This document shows positions 5,997-13,032 of a stretch of 13,032 nt of DNA, in pieces (within the stretch, counting starts at the first letter, position 1; each line of letters opens with the position of its first letter). Both the position numbers and the translations under genes were made by a program. The notes below the pieces were generated by a model. That model ran no database searches. It worked only from the letters and a program-made list of their open reading frames with translations, and had not been told where the DNA came from. This DNA is from Candidatus Eiseniibacteriota bacterium (GTDB lineage: Bacteria; Eisenbacteria; RBG-16-71-46; JABDJR01; JAWXBZ01): contig JAWXBZ010000141.1 in assembly GCA_034440375.1 (NCBI GenBank), positions 1 through 13,032 on the forward strand. The letters run 5' to 3'.

Positions 5997-6694
5997 TGGC
6001 CGACACACTGATTCAGGTTCAGAACGTGACCAAGGTGTACTACCGGGACAAGCTGGAAGTGCCGGTCTTGAACAACATCTCGTTTGATGTGGCCAGGGGG
6101 GAGTTTCTGGCGCTGATGGGACCCTCCGGCTCCGGGAAGTCGACGCTGCTGAACCTGATCGCCGGCATCGACCAGGTGACAGAAGGAAAGATCGTGGTTG
6201 GCGACGACGAGATCACGGCGATGTCCGGGGGAAAGCTGGCCGCATGGCGGGCCCACAACGTCGGGTTCATCTTCCAGTTCTACAACCTGATTCCGGTGCT
6301 GGATGCCTACCACAACATCGAATTGCCGCTGTTGCTGACGCCCTTGTCCAGGAAGGAACGGCGTGATCATGTCATGACGGCTCTTCGCCTGGTCGATCTT
6401 GAGGACCGGATGGACCACTATCCCAAGCAACTGTCCGGTGGTCAGGAACAGCGGGTGGCCATCGCGCGGGCGATCGTGACGGACCCGACGCTGATCGTGG
6501 CCGATGAGCCGACCGGTGATCTGGATGCGCGCTCCGCGACGGAAATCCTGACGCTGCTCGAGCGGCTGAACGCCGAGTTCGGCAAGACAATCATCATGGT
6601 GACCCACGACCCCTCGGCGGCCCAGAGGGCCCACATGGTTCGCACGTTCGAGAAGGGGGTCATGGGCGTTCAGGAAGTGGCGATCCGAACATGA
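5996..6694 (+). CDS. ABC transporter ATP-binding protein (LolD/MacB-like)
   Basis: [48 protein letters not shown]. The GTG start overlaps the upstream TAG. Confidence 0.95.
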   Translation: MADTLIQVQNVTKVYYRDKLEVPVLNNISFDVARGEFLALMGPSGSGKSTLLNLIAGIDQVTEGKIVVGDDEITAMSGGKLAAWRAHNVGFIFQFYNLIPVLDAYHNIELPLLLTPLSRKERRDHVMTALRLVDLEDRMDHYPKQLSGGQEQRVAIARAIVTDPTLIVADEPTGDLDARSATEILTLLERLNAEFGKTIIMVTHDPSAAQRAHMVRTFEKGVMGVQEVAIRT

Positions 6695-7845
6695 AGTTCC
6701 TTGGACTCATCTTCCGGAACATGACGCACAGCCTTCGCCGGACGGTGCTGACGATTGCCTCGATCGCCGTGGCGTTGTTCCTGTTCTCCACGCTCAGGAC
6801 CGTCATCACCGCCTTCAACGCCGCGGTGGAGGTGGCCGACGAGACACGCCTGATCGTTCGACGCAGCACCTCGCTCATATTTCCCCTGCCGCTGGCCTAT
6901 CGCGATCGGATTGCGGCGGTTGAAGGGGTGTCGGGCGTATCGTGGGCCAATTGGTTCGGCGGCGAATACCAGGAACCGAAGAACTTCTTCGCCAAGTTTG
7001 CCGTGGACGTGGACACCTACTTTGCCATGTACCCGGAACTGTTGATTCCTCCGGATCAGATGGCGGCATTCAAGGCCGATCAGACCGGCTGCCTCGTCGG
7101 CTCGGCACTGGCAAAAAAATATGGCTTCAAGATCGGCGACACGATTCCGATCGTCGGGGACATCTATCCGTATCCGGACGGAAACGAGTGGCGATTGATC
7201 GTGCGCGGCATCTACGAGCCCGAGACGCCCGATGTGGATGCCAACACCCTCTATTTCAACTGGAAGTATCTGAATCAGACGATGGGCGACCAGGGAATCG
7301 TCGGCATCTACATCGTGAAGCTGGCCAGCGCCGGACAAACGGCGGCAATCAGCGAGCGGATCGACGCGACGTTCGCCAACAGCTCGTACGAGACGAAAAC
7401 GGAAACCGAAGCCGCCTTCCAGGCCAGCTTCGTGGGGATGATGGGCAACATCGGCTTCCTGGTGTCGGTGATCGGGGCGGCCATCGTCTTCGCCATTGCA
7501 CTGGTCACGTTCAATACCATGATGATGGCGGCCCGCGAGCGGACGAAGGAGATTGCGGTGATGAAGACGATCGGCTTCACCGACGGCACCATACTGGGCC
7601 TGATCGTCGCGGAGGCCACGCTGATTTCGTTGATCGGCGGTGTGCTTGGCATCGGGCTGGCGAGCGCCGCCTATGGGCTGACCGGATTCAACATGGGCGG
7701 GTTTGTGCCGGCGTTCATCGTGAAACCCTCGACAATCGTTCTTGGCCTGGTCCTCTCATTGACCATGGGAATCCTGTCGGGACTCATTCCGGCGATTCAA
7801 GCCGCCCGGATGCCCATCGCGCAGGCTCTGCGGGAGGCGGCCTGA
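6691..7845 (+). CDS. ABC transporter permease (FtsX/MacB family)
   Basis: [15 protein letters not shown]1, large periplasmic domain, [44 protein letters not shown] overlap. Confidence 0.92.
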   Translation: MKFLGLIFRNMTHSLRRTVLTIASIAVALFLFSTLRTVITAFNAAVEVADETRLIVRRSTSLIFPLPLAYRDRIAAVEGVSGVSWANWFGGEYQEPKNFFAKFAVDVDTYFAMYPELLIPPDQMAAFKADQTGCLVGSALAKKYGFKIGDTIPIVGDIYPYPDGNEWRLIVRGIYEPETPDVDANTLYFNWKYLNQTMGDQGIVGIYIVKLASAGQTAAISERIDATFANSSYETKTETEAAFQASFVGMMGNIGFLVSVIGAAIVFAIALVTFNTMMMAARERTKEIAVMKTIGFTDGTILGLIVAEATLISLIGGVLGIGLASAAYGLTGFNMGGFVPAFIVKPSTIVLGLVLSLTMGILSGLIPAIQAARMPIAQALREAA

Positions 7846-9011
7846 TGGCCATTCCAATTAGTTATAACATTCGAAATCTGTTCGTCCGCCGGCTGGCCAC
7901 CACCATCACCATCGTGGGCATCGCCCTGGTCGTGGCGGTCTTCATTGCCGTGCTGGCGCTGGCCAGTGGTTTTGAGCGGGCACTGGCGGGAAACGGACTG
8001 GATACCAACGCCATCGTCCTTCGGGTGCCTGGAAATGACGAACTCTCCAGTTCGGTCAGCCGCGAGTGGGTGTCGATCATCCAGACGCAGCCAGAAGTGG
8101 CCATTGATACGCAGGGGCGGCCGATGATCGTGCCGGAGCTGGTCGTCGTCGTGAATCTGAAGAAGAAGAGCACCGGCGGCGTCTCGAATATCCTGACGCG
8201 CGGAACTTCGCCGGCCGCGTTTCAATTGCGGCCCCGACTCAAGCTGGTGGCCGGCCGAATGTGGAACAGCGGCCTCAGTGAAATCATCGTCGGGAAGCTC
8301 TTGTCGGAGCGATTTCAAAATTGCGGGCTCGGTGAGAAGGTGAACTTCGGCGGCCGTGAGTGGACGGTGGTCGGTATCTTCGACGCCGGGGGCACCTCGT
8401 TCGAGTCAGAGGTTTGGGGCGACAGCGAGGTTCTCGGCCCGGCGTTCGATCGAGAGGGTTACCAGTCGGCTACCGTCCGGTTGAAGGACCCCGCCTTTCT
8501 CGATGCGTTCAAGCAGCGCCTCGAAGGAGATCGCCGAATGCAGGCGGTCGTGAAGCGCGAGAGCGTCTACTATTCCGACCAGTCGGTTCGGATTGCCACG
8601 ATCATCCGGGTTCTGGGCACCTTCATTGCCATTGTCATGGCGTTCGGCGCCGTCTTTGGAGCCCTGAACACCATGTATGCCGCCGTCAGCAGCCGGCGGG
8701 CCGAGATCGGCACGATGATGGCGCTCGGATTTTCGCGCAGCAGCGTCCTCACGTCGTTTGTCCTCGAATCACTGTTCCTGTCGGGCATCGGCGGCGTACT
8801 CGGAGCGCTGTTTGCCCTGCCGATCAACGGCATTTCCACCGGCACGACGAACTGGGCCACGTTCAGCGAGGTGGCGTTTCGATTCACCGTGACGCCGACC
8901 ATGCTGGTAGCCGGATTCATCTTTGCGCTGGTCATGGGGCTGGTGGGTGGATTCTTTCCCGCGTTGAGTGCCGCCCGGGCCAACATTGCGCAGACGGTGC
9001 GTCGGGCCTGA
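7845..9011 (+). CDS. Second ABC transporter permease (FtsX/MacB family)
   Basis: Starts [12 protein letters not shown] at a TGATG overlap; LNTMYAAVSSRRAEIGTMMALGF, GGFFPALSAARANI. The upstream 301 codons of the 6942 ORF are an off-frame shadow of the first permease. Confidence 0.92.
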   Translation: MAIPISYNIRNLFVRRLATTITIVGIALVVAVFIAVLALASGFERALAGNGLDTNAIVLRVPGNDELSSSVSREWVSIIQTQPEVAIDTQGRPMIVPELVVVVNLKKKSTGGVSNILTRGTSPAAFQLRPRLKLVAGRMWNSGLSEIIVGKLLSERFQNCGLGEKVNFGGREWTVVGIFDAGGTSFESEVWGDSEVLGPAFDREGYQSATVRLKDPAFLDAFKQRLEGDRRMQAVVKRESVYYSDQSVRIATIIRVLGTFIAIVMAFGAVFGALNTMYAAVSSRRAEIGTMMALGFSRSSVLTSFVLESLFLSGIGGVLGALFALPINGISTGTTNWATFSEVAFRFTVTPTMLVAGFIFALVMGLVGGFFPALSAARANIAQTVRRA

Positions 9012-9012
9012 C

Positions 9013-11085
9013 GTGCCTGATGTGCCGACCAGGCCTGATGCGCCGCGGCTGAATCGCCTCGCCGCGGCCACCAGCCCGTATCTCCTGCAGCATGCCCGAA
9101 ACCCGGTCGATTGGTATCCATGGGGTCCGGAGGCGCTGGAGCGCTCCCGACGCCTGGACAAGCCGATCTTTCTGTCGATCGGTTATGCGGCGTGCCACTG
9201 GTGTCATGTCATGGAGCATGAGTCGTTCGAGGACGAAGCAATTGCGGCGCTGATGAACGCGGAGTTCGTCTGCATCAAGGTGGATCGCGAGGAACGTCCC
9301 GATCTCGACGACATCTACATGAGTGCGGTGCAGCTGTTGAGCGGCTCCGGCGGTTGGCCGATGACCGTTTTCCTGACGCCGGACCTGGAGCCGTTTTATG
9401 GCGGCACCTACTTTCCGCCGGATGACCGCTGGGGGCGCCCCGGGATGCGTCGCATGGTTCCCGAGGTGGCTCGCATTTACCGGGAGCGACGGAACGACGT
9501 GGCGGAACAGGCGGCCGAATTGACGCGCTCGATCCGGGCGATCGTGGGATCCACCGTGTCGGCGCCGGCCGGTCCGGTGGGGCGCGAGGTGCTGGACGCC
9601 GCCGTCATTCGACTCCTTTCGAGCCACGACGACACCTGGGGTGGTTTCGGTGGCGCGCCCAAATTTCCGCCGAGCATGGGACTATCGCTACTGATCCGGC
9701 ATCACCATCAAACCGGCGATTCGCGCAGTGCCGGCGTCGTACGCACGACGCTCGACCGGATGGCGCGTGGCGGCATCTATGATCATCTGGGCGGCGGATT
9801 CGCCCGCTACGCCACCGATGCCCGCTGGCAGGTGCCGCATTTCGAGAAGATGCTGTACGACAATGCGCTCCTGATGTCGGTGTACGCCGAGGCGCTTCGG
9901 GTGCTCGGCGACACGCCCGACGGCCAGTACCGACGTGTGATCGAGGAGACCGGCACGTTTGTCCTGCGCGAACTCACCGATCCTGCCGGCGGCTTTTACT
10001 CCTCGCTGGACGCCGACAGCGACGGTGAGGAGGGCCTCTTCTACGTCTGGACGCGTCCGGACATCGAGGCGGTTCTCGGCGAGGCCGACGCCGATTTTTT
10101 CTGCGCCGCGTTTGATGTGACGCCGGAGGGGAACTGGGAGCACGGGCGCAACGTGCTCTGGCAGCCGGAGCCGCCCGACCTGGAATCGATCCAACGACTC
10201 GAACCACTTCGGCAAAAATTGTTTGCGGCGCGGGCACCGCGAAATCGTCCCCCGCTCGACGACAAAGTCCTGGCGGCGTGGAACGGCCTCATGATCTCGG
10301 CATTCGTCGATGCATCCGTCGCGCTCGAAGACCCTGCGTGGCTCGTACCGGCGAGGCGGGCGGCCAGCTTCGTCCTGCATACGATGGTCATCGATGGGCG
10401 CCTCCGCCGTTCGTGGCGCGGCGGTAAGGCGGAACTCACCGGATATGTCGAGGACTATGCAGCGTTGGCCGCGGCACTTGTCGATCTGTATGAGGCCACG
10501 TTCGAGCTGCCATGGCTCGAGGCGGCCGTACAGTTGATCGAGACAGCGCTGGCACACTACGCGGACCTGGCCGGCGGTTTTTTCCTGACGGCCGACGATG
10601 CCGAGGCGCTCCTCGTGAGGCCGAGGAGCGTGCAGGACGGGGCCACACCGTCCGGGAATGCGATGATGGCCAATGTGCTGCTGCGGCTGGCAGCCCTGCT
10701 CGATCGCCCGGACTGGTGCGATGCGGCCGAAGGCACCGTCGGCGCATACGCCGGCAGCCTGGCTCAAATGCCCGGGGCTCATCATCGCCTGCTTCTGGCC
10801 GTCGACTGGCTGACCGGCGATCCCGTCGAGGTGGCGATCGTGGGGTCCGGACGGCACTCCGGGAGCGCGGAACTTCTTCGGGCGGCGCGGACCAGCCGGC
10901 CGTACAACCGCGTGGTGGCCCTGCTCGATCCCGATGCCGAGGACGCCAATCGCGCCCGGGAGGTCATCGCACTGCTCCGGCATCGCGAGAGCACCGACGA
11001 TACGCCCACCGCCTGGGTCTGTCGGCAGTTTGCCTGCCGCGCCCCGGTCACGACAGCAGAAGCGTTGCGCGACGAGCTGGCCTGA
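9013..11085 (+). CDS. Thioredoxin-domain protein, YyaL/SSP411 (DUF255) family with alpha/alpha-barrel C-terminus
   Basis: NRLAAATSPYLLQHARNPVDWYPWG, SIGYAACHWCHVMEHESFED, KVDREERPDLD, GGWPMTVFLTP, PHFEKMLYDNA, DDKVLAAWNGLMI, DGATPSGN. Start uncertain (GTG 9013 or 9022). Confidence 0.92.
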   Translation: MPDVPTRPDAPRLNRLAAATSPYLLQHARNPVDWYPWGPEALERSRRLDKPIFLSIGYAACHWCHVMEHESFEDEAIAALMNAEFVCIKVDREERPDLDDIYMSAVQLLSGSGGWPMTVFLTPDLEPFYGGTYFPPDDRWGRPGMRRMVPEVARIYRERRNDVAEQAAELTRSIRAIVGSTVSAPAGPVGREVLDAAVIRLLSSHDDTWGGFGGAPKFPPSMGLSLLIRHHHQTGDSRSAGVVRTTLDRMARGGIYDHLGGGFARYATDARWQVPHFEKMLYDNALLMSVYAEALRVLGDTPDGQYRRVIEETGTFVLRELTDPAGGFYSSLDADSDGEEGLFYVWTRPDIEAVLGEADADFFCAAFDVTPEGNWEHGRNVLWQPEPPDLESIQRLEPLRQKLFAARAPRNRPPLDDKVLAAWNGLMISAFVDASVALEDPAWLVPARRAASFVLHTMVIDGRLRRSWRGGKAELTGYVEDYAALAAALVDLYEATFELPWLEAAVQLIETALAHYADLAGGFFLTADDAEALLVRPRSVQDGATPSGNAMMANVLLRLAALLDRPDWCDAAEGTVGAYAGSLAQMPGAHHRLLLAVDWLTGDPVEVAIVGSGRHSGSAELLRAARTSRPYNRVVALLDPDAEDANRAREVIALLRHRESTDDTPTAWVCRQFACRAPVTTAEALRDELA

Positions 11086-11131
11086 TCACTCGGGGAGGCG
11101 CGTGCGGCCGGCAACCTCGCGAAACCGACGG

Positions 11132-12661
11132 CTAGAAGCGACTCGTCAGACGAACTTCGAGGCCCTCGAAGGAGAGAACTTCGTAGCACGTTCCGGCGGT
11201 GCAGGCCCGCCCGCCCCGCCGGGAGCCGTACGAAAGGCTCATATCGTGCCCTTCGGCCAGGCGAACACTGCCGACGCCGGCCAGGAATCGTCGATAGCGC
11301 CCGTCCGGTTCGTCCGGCTGCTCCTGGGGATCCGAGGTGCGTTCCATGACCAGTGACAGGCTGGCCGTTCCGGCGCGTGCCAGCGTGGCGGCATAGTAGA
11401 AATCGGTGAACGACTCGGGCCCGCGCGTTGCATCCAGCCGTTCCAGATCAAGTGTGACGGAAAGGAGACTCGACAACCGCACCGTTGTGTTCAGACCAAA
11501 CGCTTCGCGGTCCCTGACGAAAACAAATTCGTCCCGTCCCCTGTCGAAAAAAACCCCGGCCTCCCACCGATTGTCTGCGGGTGCCGCGACGTGAAGCTCC
11601 AGGTAGTGCTCCTCGAATCGCGCGGTCCGACCCGGCGGGGATCCGTCGGACCGGCTCAGGTTGGCCGTGACATCCACGCCGCCGGGCAGGCTGCCGGTAC
11701 CCTCCAATTGAAAGCCCTGTTCCGTGTCGGCGTCCAGCACGTGCGTGGCCCGGTTCAGGAGCGACCAGCTCTGTTCACGAACCAGCGACGGCGGATCATT
11801 GGTTCCCAGCCGGAAGCGGTGGTAGTCCTTCCACTCGGCGGACAGGGCCCAACCGCCGACGATCAGGTTGGCCGCGGCATACAGGGCATGCGGGGTTCCC
11901 TCTCCCGTGTCGAAGCGCCACCAATCCCCGAAATCCGCCTGGCCGATAGCCTGCTCCAGGTAGACGGGGAGGGACACGGCCGACACGCCGGCCAATTGCA
12001 GCAGATCGATCGCGGCGAATCCGGTGCCATACTCGCGGGAAGTCGCGCCGCCACCCGTATCCCGAAGGTAGCCGGCCCCAACCTGGCCTCCTCCGGCGAA
12101 TTCGACGGCCACCTGACCGCCCAGAATCTCACCGCTATAGCGTTCGAGGCCGACGGGCTCAAGGCCGGGTGACGTGTTGCCGACATTGGCCGAGCCGGCG
12201 AGCGCGAGGGCGGCGACCCGGCCATGCCGTGCTTCGACGAGGGCGCCATCCACATCACGGGAAGGGGCGTATCGCGAACGCAATCCCGGCTGGTCCAGGA
12301 CGACGCCGGGCAGCTCGAAGGATCGATGCAGGAGGCCCCGGCCGAGGATCGAATAAAAGTTACCCACGCGGAACCGAAGATCATCGGTCGACCAGGCGGC
12401 GAATCGCTGGGTGACCAGATCGTAGGGGTAGCTGTCGTCACTGCTGCGGTCGGATTCGAATCGCAGGCCCAGCTGGAGCTTTTCCCGCCGATATTCCAGG
12501 TTGAGCTGTTCGTACAGATCCCAACGGTTTTCGGGCAGCGTAAAGGGGATATTGCCGTTCTGAAATTCGAGAATATTCGTGCCCGACACCTGGGCGCCCG
12601 CGCTTCCGGCCGCTGCGACCAGCAACGCCGCCAGCGCCAGCGCCGGCCGGGATCGACTCAT
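11132..12661 (-). CDS. Exported, probable outer-membrane beta-barrel protein (DUF6029-like)
   Basis: Signal peptide ending AGA|Q, RVGNFYSILGRGL, EWKDY, alternating amphipathic strands, C-terminal GSRRGGRACTAGTCYEVLSFEGLEVRLTSRF ending in Phe. Confidence 0.7.
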   Translation of the reverse strand: MSRSRPALALAALLVAAAGSAGAQVSGTNILEFQNGNIPFTLPENRWDLYEQLNLEYRREKLQLGLRFESDRSSDDSYPYDLVTQRFAAWSTDDLRFRVGNFYSILGRGLLHRSFELPGVVLDQPGLRSRYAPSRDVDGALVEARHGRVAALALAGSANVGNTSPGLEPVGLERYSGEILGGQVAVEFAGGGQVGAGYLRDTGGGATSREYGTGFAAIDLLQLAGVSAVSLPVYLEQAIGQADFGDWWRFDTGEGTPHALYAAANLIVGGWALSAEWKDYHRFRLGTNDPPSLVREQSWSLLNRATHVLDADTEQGFQLEGTGSLPGGVDVTANLSRSDGSPPGRTARFEEHYLELHVAAPADNRWEAGVFFDRGRDEFVFVRDREAFGLNTTVRLSSLLSVTLDLERLDATRGPESFTDFYYAATLARAGTASLSLVMERTSDPQEQPDEPDGRYRRFLAGVGSVRLAEGHDMSLSYGSRRGGRACTAGTCYEVLSFEGLEVRLTSRF

Positions 12662-13032
12662 TCAGTCTTTTCGGCCGGCGGCCCCAGCAGGGCTTCGATT
12701 CGGGCGGCGAGTTCGCTTCCTTCGCCCGGCCGGTAGCCCGAGCGGACCCATTGAATCACGCCGGCCGTGTCGATGAGCACCGCGGTTGGTATGGCGGTGA
12801 TCTTGAAATCGCGCTGGAGGGAACCGTCCTCATCGAGCGCCACGGGATAGCCAAGCCGCAGCTTTGTGATGAAGGGGCGCACCCGGGCAAAGTTGCGCGG
12901 CCCGTCGATGGAGACGCCGATGACCGTCAGCCCGCGCGGCCCGAACTTTTCGTCCAGTTGTCGTACTTCCGGCAGCGATTGAAGGCACGGCTTGCACCAG
13001 GTGGCCCAGAAGTCAATCAACACGGGCCCGCG
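12658..13032 (-). CDS. TlpA-family thiol-disulfide reductase (5'-partial, runs off the window)
   Basis: RGPVLIDFWATWCKPC, VIGVSID, YPVALD, IPTAVLID..G (cis-Pro loop). The frame is open to the window end; ATGA overlap with the downstream gene. Confidence 0.92.
   Translation of the reverse strand, partial: RGPVLIDFWATWCKPCLQSLPEVRQLDEKFGPRGLTVIGVSIDGPRNFARVRPFITKLRLGYPVALDEDGSLQRDFKITAIPTAVLIDTAGVIQWVRSGYRPGEGSELAARIEALLGPPAEKTE

Noticed and set aside
6942..7844. 689-aa ORF suggesting a long N-terminal extension or overlapping gene
   Set aside because: The first 301 codons are an Arg/Gly-rich off-frame shadow of the first permease; the real gene starts at the TGATG overlap at 7845.
9006..9042. 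GCCTGAYGYG three times, reminiscent of enterobacterial REP starts
   Set aside because: There is no palindromic partner arm and no other copies; probably a micro-duplication at the gene junction.
9688..10983. 431-aa minus-strand ORF and other long antisense ORFs (e.g. 5711-6634, 4770-5543, 1494-2159)
   Set aside because: These are antisense shadows of well-supported genes, expected at high GC, with no recognisable motifs.
1..13032. CRISPR array, tRNA/rRNA, IS/integrase, selenocysteine recoding in the CxxC proteins
   Set aside because: No regularly spaced repeats, cloverleaf or recombinase/transposase motifs were seen, and the CxxC motifs use ordinary Cys codons with no in-frame TGA.

Overview
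High-GC bacterial window, probably from a diderm (an FCB-like lineage is only an inference from the TlpA + DUF6029-like pair). It has two parts. (1) An accessory-looking left block (1-3571) with AT-rich spacers. It holds two divergent AAA+ ATPase / DUF4143 (COG1373-type) genes converging around a cold-shock gene with a long structured leader. It also holds a decayed Phd/YefM-RelE-type toxin-antitoxin pair (the antitoxin remnant is below the ORF-track cutoff) and a recurring 25-bp quasi-palindromic motif. (2) A housekeeping-like right block: queD-queE (minus), a translationally coupled MacAB-like ABC efflux operon (adaptor, ATPase, two permeases) followed by a YyaL/SSP411-type thioredoxin-domain gene, and a convergent TlpA (partial) + DUF6029-like outer-membrane protein pair. 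No tRNA, rRNA, CRISPR array, transposase or integrase was seen. All family calls come from motif recognition by eye, not from database searches.
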